Shown one piece after another: positions 27,357 to 35,818 of a stretch of 59,552 bases of DNA. The notes below the pieces were generated by a model. It searched no databases and was not told where the DNA came from. It saw only the letters and a list, made by a program, of their open reading frames with translations. Position 1 is the stretch's first letter. Each line of letters opens with the position of its first letter. A program made the translations under genes and the position numbers. Origin of the DNA: Candidatus Altiarchaeota archaeon (lineage in GTDB: Archaea; SpSt-1190); contig JAUUZA010000001.1 of assembly GCA_030590165.1 (NCBI GenBank), positions 1 through 59,552 of the forward strand, given 5' to 3'.

Positions 27357-27911
27357 GTGGACCCACGAATTAAAGTTGCACTCAAAGCCATAGAAATTAT
27401 GGAGAAATTACAACATTCAAAACTCCTTCGTTCTGATTTTCACGTCCTTACATCAAAAGTTAAACAACTTCAATGGATTGAAGATTTAAATTACTTGAAA
27501 AAAGAATGTGATTTTTTAGAAAAATTTTCATATGATTCTCTAAAATTTGATTCAAAAATAAATGCTGAAATGAAATGGTGCACAAACACTTTGAAAAAAC
27601 TCAAGTCTCGATTTGACAAGGGAAAAAGTGAATCAATTCTCGTAGGTCTTGATGTTGGTGTTGGTGAAATAATAACCACTTCAAAAGTTTCGGATAAACT
27701 TACTGTTTGTCGAATATCTTCAAAAATAGGGGATTTTACAGTTATCACAAATTTGAGTGTGAAAAAAGGAAATCGTTTGCCCTTTGTAATTTTACCGCCA
27801 ACTGTAATTGGCGGTGTAATGAGCGAAGCTATGTTTGTTTGGGGGCCAATTAAATCCCTTGATGAAATTGATTGGAAGAAGGTTGAGGGGACTGTTTCTG
27901 CTTTCTTCTAA
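27357..27911 (+). CDS. hypothetical protein flanked by tRNA genes and their palindromic elements
   Basis: 184 aa. Helical N-terminal half, Gly/Val-rich beta-like C-terminal half (GLDVGVGEIITT...VIGGVMSEAMFVWGP). No family recognised. Confidence 0.4.
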   Translation: MDPRIKVALKAIEIMEKLQHSKLLRSDFHVLTSKVKQLQWIEDLNYLKKECDFLEKFSYDSLKFDSKINAEMKWCTNTLKKLKSRFDKGKSESILVGLDVGVGEIITTSKVSDKLTVCRISSKIGDFTVITNLSVKKGNRLPFVILPPTVIGGVMSEAMFVWGPIKSLDEIDWKKVEGTVSAFF

Positions 27912-27914
27912 CTT

Positions 27915-27991
27915 TGATGAAACTTTTCGAGCGGAGCCCGAATCCCGCGTAGAGGAAGAGCGGGATGAGGGCGTAGTGAAGAAAAGTTTCT
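27915..27991. repeat. tRNA-3'-flanking palindromic element (copy at tRNA-Val)
   Basis: GAAACTTTTCGAGCGG...GTAGTGAAGAAAAGTTTC with perfect 10-bp TIRs and an internal GCCC-TCCCGC/GCGGGA-GGGC stem. Ends 1 nt before the tRNA-Val 3' end. Confidence 0.7.
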
Positions 27992-28065
27992 TGGGGCTGC
28001 CCGGATTCGAACCGGGGACCTCCGCCGTGTGAGGGCGGCGTCATAGCCAACTAAACCACAACCCC
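27992..28065 (-). tRNA. tRNA-Val (CAC)
   Basis: Acceptor GGGGTTG/CAGCCCC, anticodon stem CCGCC/GGCGG, loop CTCACAC, T loop TTCGAAT. TATA about 27 nt upstream. Track ORFs 27835..28032 and 27850..28050 are spurious here. Confidence 0.85.
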
Positions 28066-28085
28066 TCAATCATAATTAGTTCGAA

Positions 28086-28373
28086 ATGTTTTATAATGTT
28101 TATTTAGTAGTGGCGTTAGAATCTTATATGAAAATTAATTGGGATAAGCCCCAAGCAAACAAGGCCGTTCGAGTCATGGGCTCAGTCCTTATGCTTGAAA
28201 GTTTCATCATTATTTTCCTTTCAATTAGTCGTTTTTCAGACCTCGTCCTTGCAGCTGCATTATTCATTTTAGGAAGAGTAAGTATAATTCTAACTGAAAG
28301 TGATTTTTGGGACAACCTATTTGAACCACATAACAAACAAGTTTATAAAATCAGAAAAGTCAAACATAAATGA
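28086..28373 (+). CDS. small two-TM membrane protein, start-coupled to the ABC ATPase
   Basis: 95 aa, two hydrophobic helices, 4-nt overlap with the next gene. Confidence 0.35.
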   Translation: MFYNVYLVVALESYMKINWDKPQANKAVRVMGSVLMLESFIIIFLSISRFSDLVLAAALFILGRVSIILTESDFWDNLFEPHNKQVYKIRKVKHK

Positions 28374-29332
28374 CTGAAGCTCCTATTGTTTTTGTAAAAA
28401 ATCTTAAGAAAAAATACAAAGATGGAACAATGGCAGTTAAAGGTATTTCATTCAAAATAAAAAAGGGTGAAATTTTTGGCTTTTTAGGGCCTAATGGAGC
28501 CGGAAAAACAACCACAATTAAGATACTCACAACCTTACTAAAACCAACTGAGGGAAAAGCAATAATTTCTGGCGTGGACGTTGAAGAACAATCACACAAA
28601 GTTAGACAAAAAATTGGAGTTGTCTTTCAAACACCTGCCTTAGATTCAAAATTAACAGCTTGGGAAAATCTTGATTTTCACGCAAGACTCTATGGAATAC
28701 CTTCCACAAGAAGAGATAAAAGAATAAAACAAGTCCTCAAACTTGTTGGTCTTAATAAAATCTCAAAAAAATTGGTTGAGAAATTTTCAGGTGGAATGAA
28801 ACGCCGTCTTGAACTTGCCAGAGGTTTAATGCATAATCCTGAAATATTATTCTTAGATGAACCTACTCTTGGATTAGATGTTCAAACCCGTAATAAAATC
28901 TGGGAATACATTATGAAAATTAAAAAAGATGAAAATATGACAATCTTTCTAACAACGCATTATATGGAAGAAGCAGAGAAGGTTTGCGAAAGAATTGCAA
29001 TAATTGATGAAGGAAAAATCTTGAAAATGGGAACGCCACAAGAATTAATTGACGCTTCCTGTCATGGGATTATTACTGTAAAAACTAAGAATAAAATTAA
29101 AAAAAGTTCGAATATTCTAAATGTCAAAAAAATGAATGGAAAAACTTTGATAAAAGTGAAGGATAATAAAAAAATAACAAAAGTGATAAGTGAAATAATG
29201 AAAAAATACGAAGTTGAAGAAATTAGTATTAGTAAGCCTTCACTTGAAGATGTATTTCTTAATCTAACTGGAAAAAGTATAAGGGATGATAAACCACAAA
29301 AAAGAAAATTAAGGATAGGTAGATTCAGATGA
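28370..29332 (+). CDS. ABC transporter ATP-binding protein (ABC-2 / DrrA-like)
   Basis: Walker A GPNGAGKTT, signature LSGGMKRRL, Walker B ILFLDEPTLGLD, H-loop TTHYMEE. Carries a C-terminal extension. Confidence 0.85.
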   Translation: MTEAPIVFVKNLKKKYKDGTMAVKGISFKIKKGEIFGFLGPNGAGKTTTIKILTTLLKPTEGKAIISGVDVEEQSHKVRQKIGVVFQTPALDSKLTAWENLDFHARLYGIPSTRRDKRIKQVLKLVGLNKISKKLVEKFSGGMKRRLELARGLMHNPEILFLDEPTLGLDVQTRNKIWEYIMKIKKDENMTIFLTTHYMEEAEKVCERIAIIDEGKILKMGTPQELIDASCHGIITVKTKNKIKKSSNILNVKKMNGKTLIKVKDNKKITKVISEIMKKYEVEEISISKPSLEDVFLNLTGKSIRDDKPQKRKLRIGRFR

Positions 29333-30072
29333 AAGATAATAGAGAACTCCAATCAATATATGTATCTTGGAAACGAGTGATGATTAGACTCAGTCGTTCA
29401 AAAGGTAGATTATTTGGAACTATGTTTCAACCAGTTTTATTCCTTATTACCTTCGGTCTTGGTTTCCGAAAGGTTGGTGGAAATCTTGAATTTGTTTTAC
29501 CTGGTATCCTTGCAATGAATGCCATAATGTCTTCAGCAATGGCAGGAATTAGTGTTATTTGGGACAGGGAATTTGGGTTCTTAAAAGAAATACTAATAGC
29601 TCCAGTTAGTAGGGCTTCTGCTGTTATTGGACGCAGTCTTGGGGCAATAACAACTGCACTAATCCAAGGTATTTGGATTGGTTTTCTTGGAATTTTATTT
29701 GGAGCTAAAATAAATTATTTAGGAATAATACCTGCCTTTGTATTTTTAAGTTTAATATCCGCCCTTTCAGTTGGAATAGGACTTGCCTTCTCAAGTAAAT
29801 TAAGTGATTTTGAAAGTTTTCAAATTATTCATAATTTAATTATTATGCCTTTAATATTTCTATCATCTGCATTCATAGATGTTTCAACTGCACCAAAATG
29901 GTTAGTTTTTATTACAAAAGTGAATCCATTTAGTTATGGAATTAATGGATTACGGTATTCACTAACAGGAACTGGAACAGTGAATGTATTTTTTGATTTT
30001 GGGGTTATTTCACTTTTTGTGATACTCGCTACAATAATTAGTATACGCCTATTTGAAAAAATTGAGGTTTAG
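29329..30072 (+). CDS. ABC-2 type transporter permease
   Basis: 6 predicted TM helices, ABC-2 family layout, translationally coupled to the ATPase. Confidence 0.7.
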   Translation: MKDNRELQSIYVSWKRVMIRLSRSKGRLFGTMFQPVLFLITFGLGFRKVGGNLEFVLPGILAMNAIMSSAMAGISVIWDREFGFLKEILIAPVSRASAVIGRSLGAITTALIQGIWIGFLGILFGAKINYLGIIPAFVFLSLISALSVGIGLAFSSKLSDFESFQIIHNLIIMPLIFLSSAFIDVSTAPKWLVFITKVNPFSYGINGLRYSLTGTGTVNVFFDFGVISLFVILATIISIRLFEKIEV

Positions 30073-30097
30073 TTTTATTTGTTGACCACTTTTCTAA

Positions 30098-30673
30098 TTA
30101 AAGTTCTAAAAGAATTTTCTCAAATTTTCTATATACTAAATACGAAGTAGGTAAGGCTATGATTACTAAAATTGTTAAATATTTTCCGTAAGCATTAATT
30201 AAATGCCAGTTTTCTCCTAAGGTGTAACCACTGAAAGCAAAAACAAAATTCCAGATTATAGTTGCAATTGAATTTAGGAAAATAAATTTTCTTAATGGAA
30301 ATTTTGCTATTGCTGCAGGGAGAGGAATAAACATTCTAAGTGCTGGGATTAATCTTCCAAAAAATACGGCTTTGTCTCCAAATTTCTTGAAGAAATTTTT
30401 TGACATTGTAATTTGTTTTTCTATGAAACTTATTTTGTGAATAAATTTTATTTTTGAGCCCCATAAAAATATTATTAATGAGCCTATGAAATTTAGGATA
30501 CTTCCCCAGAAAGCAACAGTAAGCCAAGAGAAATATCCTCGTGAGGCTAAGAAACCTCCAAAAGGTACGACTATGAAACTTGGGATGGGAATCATCATTC
30601 CTTCAAGAAGAATTGATAAAAGGACGGCAAATAGACCATATTGCTCAAGAATTGGAATAATAAATTCAAACAC
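30098..30673 (-). CDS. DedA/SNARE-associated family membrane protein
   Basis: 191 aa polytopic. The LLEGMMIPIPSFIVVPFGGFLA pattern resembles the DedA core motif. Confidence 0.5.
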   Translation of the reverse strand: MFEFIIPILEQYGLFAVLLSILLEGMMIPIPSFIVVPFGGFLASRGYFSWLTVAFWGSILNFIGSLIIFLWGSKIKFIHKISFIEKQITMSKNFFKKFGDKAVFFGRLIPALRMFIPLPAAIAKFPLRKFIFLNSIATIIWNFVFAFSGYTLGENWHLINAYGKYLTILVIIALPTSYLVYRKFEKILLEL

Positions 30674-30799
30674 TATAAACTTTACAAAATCAAGTATAAA
30701 AGAATTTATTAAAGAAACACTAAAAGTATAAACTTAAACCTAAGCTTCAATTAAATTAAAAAACAATTATTCTCCTTCCAAGACAGTCTTAATATATTA

Positions 30800-31357
30800 T
30801 CAAATATACATAGTTGATTTTTTCCTAGACGTATCTAATTTTCCTTCAACATCTTTCTTATCAACTTCATAAGCCATTATTGTTTTTGCAAGATTAATAT
30901 TATCTGACGGTACGACCCTAAAATGATTTTTATCTGAAAAAAAGTAAGCCAAATCCTCTTCAATAACTGAAGCCAAACAATCTGCATACCCACTTAAATT
31001 CTCAAAATACTCCTTTACTTTGTCAACATAAATTCCAAGTTCATTAATAGGTTCTTCAGCTTTCATAAATGCCTCAGTTGATCGTTTGAGCAAGATAAGT
31101 GTTGCTCGTAGGTCTTGATAAATATTATTTCCAAACAATAATTCACCTTCTTTAAATTCAAGGAATTTTGATACTTCACTTTCATATATTGAAGATTCCA
31201 TGCGCTTCAAATCTTCTGCTTGTTGATAAAGTCCTTTTTCAATTAACTCTAATTTTTCAAACAATTCTTCATCTGTAACCTCAAAAAAAGTCTCAAAAAT
31301 TTTTCCAGTTCCATCCCGAACCTCTATTTTTCTTCTCTCTTTTGGTATTTTAACCAT
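30800..31357 (-). CDS. hypothetical acidic helical protein, paralog A of a tandem pair
   Basis: 185 aa, about 55% identical to the upstream paralog. Shares an identical LYQQAEDLKRMESSIYESE block and an identical KSTMYI C-terminus. Confidence 0.55.
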   Translation of the reverse strand: MVKIPKERRKIEVRDGTGKIFETFFEVTDEELFEKLELIEKGLYQQAEDLKRMESSIYESEVSKFLEFKEGELLFGNNIYQDLRATLILLKRSTEAFMKAEEPINELGIYVDKVKEYFENLSGYADCLASVIEEDLAYFFSDKNHFRVVPSDNINLAKTIMAYEVDKKDVEGKLDTSRKKSTMYI

Positions 31358-31490
31358 AAGTTCCCACCCATCTCATATGTATTTCTTTTAAAATATTTGT
31401 TTTACTTTCCAATTAAATCAGTTTAAACCAATCTAAAACAGGCATATATAATTAATAAAAATGTTGAAATTTAAATCTAAATTAATATTT

Positions 31491-32048
31491 TCAAATATAC
31501 ATAGTTGATTTTTCCTTAGTGAGCTTTTTTTTATCCTCAAGAATTCCCTTCTCCACTTCAAGCTCCATTACTATTTTTGCCATACTAATACTGTTTGAAG
31601 GTATGGCTCTTAACTGATTTTTATCTGAAATAAAATAAGACATTCCTTCTTCAACAGTTGCTCCCAAATTAAGTGTATACTCATTTAACTTCTTAAAATA
31701 CTTCATTACGTCCTCAATATAAATTCCAAATTCATCAATTGGTTCTTCAGCTTTTAGAAATGCTTCTGTTGCTCGTTTGAATAAATTAAGTGTTGCCTGT
31801 TGGTCTTGATAAACATCATTTCCAGACAATAAATCTTCTTCATTAAATTCAAGAAATTTTGATGCTTCACTTTCATATATTGACGATTCCATGCGTTTCA
31901 AATCTTCTGCTTGTTGATAAAGTTCTTTTTCAACTAACTTTAATCTTTCAGAAAACTCTTCACCTAAAACTTCTGAATAAACTTCAACAAGTTCTCCATC
32001 GTCGTTATGAATTTCAATTTTTTGTTTTTCTTTTAATTTTTTAACCAT
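31491..32048 (-). CDS. hypothetical acidic helical protein, paralog B of a tandem pair
   Basis: 185 aa. Same promoter/5'UTR sequence (TATTTTAAAAGAAATA...) and same 3' end as paralog A. Confidence 0.55.
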   Translation of the reverse strand: MVKKLKEKQKIEIHNDDGELVEVYSEVLGEEFSERLKLVEKELYQQAEDLKRMESSIYESEASKFLEFNEEDLLSGNDVYQDQQATLNLFKRATEAFLKAEEPIDEFGIYIEDVMKYFKKLNEYTLNLGATVEEGMSYFISDKNQLRAIPSNSISMAKIVMELEVEKGILEDKKKLTKEKSTMYI

Positions 32049-32144
32049 AAGCTCTCACTCATACTATGTCTATTTCTTTTAAAATATTTGTTTTACTTTT
32101 TAATTAACAGCCTTAACTAAGATTTTTGTAATTTTTTTAAGTTC

Positions 32145-32924
32145 TTATCTGAAACCAAGAGACGCATATCCAACAACTGAGGAATTATCTCCAGTTATGT
32201 CTCCTGAAGTATAATAGGTCAAAAGGTCTGATTCCTTTCCTTTCATCGCATACATTAAAGTTGCAATAGTAAAAGCCCCACAGATTGAAGTTTGATTTTT
32301 TTTCACAGTATCTAAAAAATCTTTAGGAGAACTTTTCATTATTTTTTCTAGTAAGAGTGAATCATCTTTCACAGCTTTTTGTCTCGGGACAAAATGACTA
32401 AAATCACTTGTTGCAATTATTGGGACATTCAAGAATCTCAAAGCCTAGCCAACTTCTTTCAATCTCTTGTGTGAAACTTGTGGAATTGTAATCGGTAAAA
32501 AACTAAATTTTTTTTGAGTGAATTGTAAGAAGGGAAGTTGAACTTCAATGCTATGTTCTTTCGGACTATCTACAATTGGCAAACCAAGAAAATCTAATTG
32601 TTCACTAAGTTCTGTTTCAACTTCAACCATACCAAGAGGAGTTTCCCATTTAGAATAAGGATGAAGACTAATATCATTTGTATTCCCATAATGGTCATTA
32701 CCCAAAATTACAAGATGATTTGTTTTTTTGAGTGATTTAAAGAAAGAAGCAGCAGCAAGGCCAGAATATACCAAACCAGCATGGGGAACAATTCCTCCAA
32801 TATAATTACGCCCACCTTCAACTTTTGAAAATAATTCACCCAAGAGTGCGAGTAAATCCTTCTTATCTTGAGGATAAAAACCAGTGGCGTATGAAGGTCT
32901 AATCATAGAATGAGTAAAAGTCAA
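32145..32924 (-). pseudogene. Memo-like (AmmeMemoRadiSam system protein B family) gene interrupted by an in-frame TAG
   Basis: Upstream part MIRPSYATGFYP...VPHAGLVYSG and downstream part ...IATSDFSHF... are in the same frame, separated only by TAG (plus-strand CTA at 32445-32447). The track splits it into a 159-aa and a 98-aa ORF. Confidence 0.6.
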
Positions 32925-32967
32925 ACTAGAAATGAATATCTAAAAACTTACAAGACAACAAACTTAT

Positions 32968-33000
32968 GTTAAAGAATAAAAAATAATCCAGCAAAGCTGG
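32968..33000 (-). terminator. hairpin CCAGCTTTGCTGG plus T-run downstream of rps2
   Basis: Minus strand reads CCAGCTTTGCTGGATTATTTTTTATTC. Nearly the same hairpin as the S-layer gene terminator. Confidence 0.5.
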
Positions 33001-33028
33001 AAAATAAATAAAAGAAAAAAGGAATAAA

Positions 33029-33634
33029 TTATTCCTGCTGTTCCTTTGGCATTTCCCCAATGAAATCTTCCAAAGGCGCTTCGAGGTCCTCATCTGCCTT
33101 CAAATCTCCCCTCTCAAAAAGGGTTTGATTTGTCAAAACATAATAAACCGCCGCAAGTGACCTTCGACCCTTATTATTACAAGGAATAACCAAATCAACA
33201 TTCTCAATAGTATTATTAGTTGAAGCTAAACAAATTACAGGAATACCTGAAGAAATTGCCTCACTAATTGGCTGTCTATCCCCATAAGGGTCACAAGCAA
33301 TCAAGAGTTTAGGTTCAATAAAGTATTCCAAATTTGGATTAGTCATAGTTCCAGGCATAAATCTTCCAAGGAATCTAGTAGCTCCAGTAATCTTCGAAAA
33401 CATTTCTGCTGGCTTTTGACCTTGTTCTTTCGAAGCCACAACCATAACATCTTCAATTGGATACTGATTAATGAATTTAGCAACCGTCTTAATTCTTTCA
33501 AGTGTTTCTTGAACATTTAAGACAGCCAATCCATCCTCACGAACCTTGAAAACAAATTTTTTCATAGATTCTACTTTTCTTTGAGTTCCAATATGAACCC
33601 CATTTTTAACCAATATTTGTCTTGCATTCTTCAT
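33029..33634 (-). CDS. rps2: 30S ribosomal protein S2 (uS2)
   Basis: ...GVHIGTQRK...FINQYPIEDVMVV...RFLGRFMPGTMTNP... is the standard uS2 layout. 201 aa. Confidence 0.85.
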   Translation of the reverse strand: MKNARQILVKNGVHIGTQRKVESMKKFVFKVREDGLAVLNVQETLERIKTVAKFINQYPIEDVMVVASKEQGQKPAEMFSKITGATRFLGRFMPGTMTNPNLEYFIEPKLLIACDPYGDRQPISEAISSGIPVICLASTNNTIENVDLVIPCNNKGRRSLAAVYYVLTNQTLFERGDLKADEDLEAPLEDFIGEMPKEQQE

Positions 33635-33644
33635 TATTCCACCT

Positions 33645-34421
33645 TTACTTTTTCTTAAGATACTTCAATAGCTTCTTGCTATGCTTTATAGCCCTTTCTA
33701 GAATGTCATCAAGTTCTTTATCAGATATACCTAAGTCTCCACCCATCTGAAGAGCAACAATATTGCCATCTTTAATTCCAACAGCGAGTCTTGAAACACT
33801 AGCATCTTCTTCATCCTTAGTTGGGTCAACAATAATTTTGTCTCCAACTTTCAAAAAGGTAGAAGCAACTGCTAAACCATTCACTGGAAGAGATTCTTTC
33901 AAATCAGTTCTAATGACTTCGTCATTTTCAAGTCTTGGTAATTTGGCAGTCATAAGAGCAGCCATTGCACCTAAAGTTGCCGCATCAATTAAGTTTCCGT
34001 CGAAGTTCATAGTATAAACATCCACAAAAACCATCCAGACTTTTTCACCAGCTTCAATACAAAGTTTTGAAACCTCAATTATTTTTCCCTCTCTTATAGT
34101 TCTATCAATTACACGAGAGATTTCAATTGCTTTTTCACGTGGTGGTCCTGATTCAAATTCACTACAGCTCATAGGCGATAATTCTAATCCAGTCATCAAA
34201 ACTCCTTTGTCGGGACTATCTGGATATGGTTTACCCAAATTCACTTTTACACCAACAAGAACTTCTGTTTTTCCGAGTTTAACTCTTGCTGAACCTTCAG
34301 CTTTTGAAATTACATTAGTTTCAATTTCAATGTCCCGGAATTCATCAATTTTTCGGCCATCTAATCTCTTGCCGTCCTTTAATAATTCCAATATATTTTT
34401 CAAAGTAACATTGTTCATCAT
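33645..34421 (-). CDS. rrp42: exosome complex component Rrp42 (RNase PH-like, non-catalytic)
   Basis: 258 aa RNase PH fold. Position after Rrp41 in the conserved superoperon order. Confidence 0.75.
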   Translation of the reverse strand: MMNNVTLKNILELLKDGKRLDGRKIDEFRDIEIETNVISKAEGSARVKLGKTEVLVGVKVNLGKPYPDSPDKGVLMTGLELSPMSCSEFESGPPREKAIEISRVIDRTIREGKIIEVSKLCIEAGEKVWMVFVDVYTMNFDGNLIDAATLGAMAALMTAKLPRLENDEVIRTDLKESLPVNGLAVASTFLKVGDKIIVDPTKDEEDASVSRLAVGIKDGNIVALQMGGDLGISDKELDDILERAIKHSKKLLKYLKKK

Positions 34422-35161
34422 TTTGACACCTCAAATTTATCTTTAAGAGCCTTGATTTGAGCCTTGTAAACAACATCAATTGCCTTGTCTGCCATCTTCT
34501 TACCCTTATCAAACTCTTCTTTCGTCATATCTCCATCCATTTGAAGAAGTACTACATCTCCAGTTGCTGGAGCTCTTGCATAAGCAACATCAGCCATACC
34601 CCACTGGTCTTCTGGTTTGTCTACATCAATTGCGACATGTCCAACTCCTTTTTCATCATAAATCTTACCAAAGGTAACACCTACAACTAAACTTCGCATT
34701 GGGATTCCAGCAGCAGCAAGTGCTAATGAAGCCGCATTTATTCCAGTAATACGTGTACTGGCATCAGCTTGAGTAACAGAAACAAACAAATCAATTACTG
34801 TCCTTGGGAATTTCTCCAAAAAGACAACACTCCTAAATGCTTCTGCTGTTACTTTACTAATTTCAATTTCACGTCGTCCAGGTCCTGGGCGTTTTCTATC
34901 CTCAACTGAGAAAGAAAACATGTCATACTTTGCACGCAGTAATGCCTTATCAGGAAGAGCAAGTCTTCTTGGGTGCATTACTCTAGGTCCGTGAACTGCT
35001 GCAGTTACCTTTGTTTTACCAAAGATTACTTCAGCTGAACCTTGTGCATTTGGTACTACGTCCATTTTAATTTTCATTTTTCTGTAATCGTCCAAATTTC
35101 TTCCATCAAGTCGTTTACTATTTTTATACAAATATTTTGGTTTAGTTTCCATCTTCTTCAC
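34418..35161 (-). CDS. rrp41: exosome complex exonuclease Rrp41 (RNase PH)
   Basis: ...GRNLDDYRKMKIKMDVVPNAQGSAEVIFGKTKVTAAVHGP..., 247 aa. ATGA-type overlap with Rrp42. Confidence 0.8.
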   Translation of the reverse strand: MKKMETKPKYLYKNSKRLDGRNLDDYRKMKIKMDVVPNAQGSAEVIFGKTKVTAAVHGPRVMHPRRLALPDKALLRAKYDMFSFSVEDRKRPGPGRREIEISKVTAEAFRSVVFLEKFPRTVIDLFVSVTQADASTRITGINAASLALAAAGIPMRSLVVGVTFGKIYDEKGVGHVAIDVDKPEDQWGMADVAYARAPATGDVVLLQMDGDMTKEEFDKGKKMADKAIDVVYKAQIKALKDKFEVSK

Positions 35162-35816
35162 CCTCCAAATATTCTTTTATTGAATCAGTTAGTCCTGAAA
35201 GATGTGCATTAGCTTCAATTTTTCTTATTACTTTTTCAGCTAATTCAACATTTCCTCCACTTATTGAAATTTTTCCATTTTGACCAACAAAAATTCTACT
35301 TCCAGTCTTTTCTTTTATCATTTTCACCATACTGGCATTTTTTCCAATAATTCTTGGAATTCTTGAAGGCTCAACATCTAAAAGTTTTCCTTCAGTAATT
35401 TTTCTAAGTCCAGGGCCACGAGCAGTGACAAGCACACTCATATTTTCCTCAACATTTTTTATTTTACAAATCACTACATCCCCAATTGCAAAAACTTTTC
35501 CAAGTTTATCTTTTCTGGGATCCAAAAATCTTTCAGAAGCATCACCAAGCATCATAGTCGCTTCATATGGCGAATTGATGTTGACACTCCAATTATTGTA
35601 TCTAACTTCTTTGATGACTCCAATTACGGGGTCATCCCTTTTTGGCATATATACACCAGATAGCGGAATTACTTTTACAAGTCTATCCCTAATATCTGAT
35701 AGTCCTAACACACTAGCTCTAATTTCTGAGCCACTTCTATGTGTTCCATCTCCTGGGAGATAATCCATGCCTTCGATTATACTTTCTCCTGGAGTTACTA
35801 TTTTTCTATTTTCCAT
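35142..35816 (-). CDS. rrp4: exosome RNA-binding subunit Rrp4 (S1 + KH)
   Basis: N-terminal domain, S1 (VIGVIKEVRYNNWSVNI) and KH modules. 224 aa. Confidence 0.75.
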   Translation of the reverse strand: MENRKIVTPGESIIEGMDYLPGDGTHRSGSEIRASVLGLSDIRDRLVKVIPLSGVYMPKRDDPVIGVIKEVRYNNWSVNINSPYEATMMLGDASERFLDPRKDKLGKVFAIGDVVICKIKNVEENMSVLVTARGPGLRKITEGKLLDVEPSRIPRIIGKNASMVKMIKEKTGSRIFVGQNGKISISGGNVELAEKVIRKIEANAHLSGLTDSIKEYLEGEEDGN

Positions 35817-35818
35817 TT

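Noticed and set aside
26995-27991. CRISPR array hypothesis for the repeated hairpins
   Set aside because: Repeats are imperfect and of two kinds, there are no unique spacers of uniform length, no cas genes are in the window, and the elements are physically fused to tRNA 3' ends.
27835-28050. ORFs 27835..28032(+) and 27850..28050(-)
   Set aside because: Both span the palindromic element and tRNA-Val. GC-rich structured RNA and repeat DNA generate open frames by chance.
23614-28065. Split or permuted tRNA genes (Nanoarchaeum-style) with GC-rich complementary leaders
   Set aside because: All four tRNAs fold as complete, contiguous cloverleafs with promoters at the expected distance. The GC-rich elements are 3' trailers, not half-gene junctions.
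32445-32447. Pyrrolysine or codon reassignment at the in-frame TAG of the Memo-like gene
   Set aside because: TAG terminates at least one other gene in the window, no pyl genes are seen, and a single occurrence fits a nonsense mutation or read error better.
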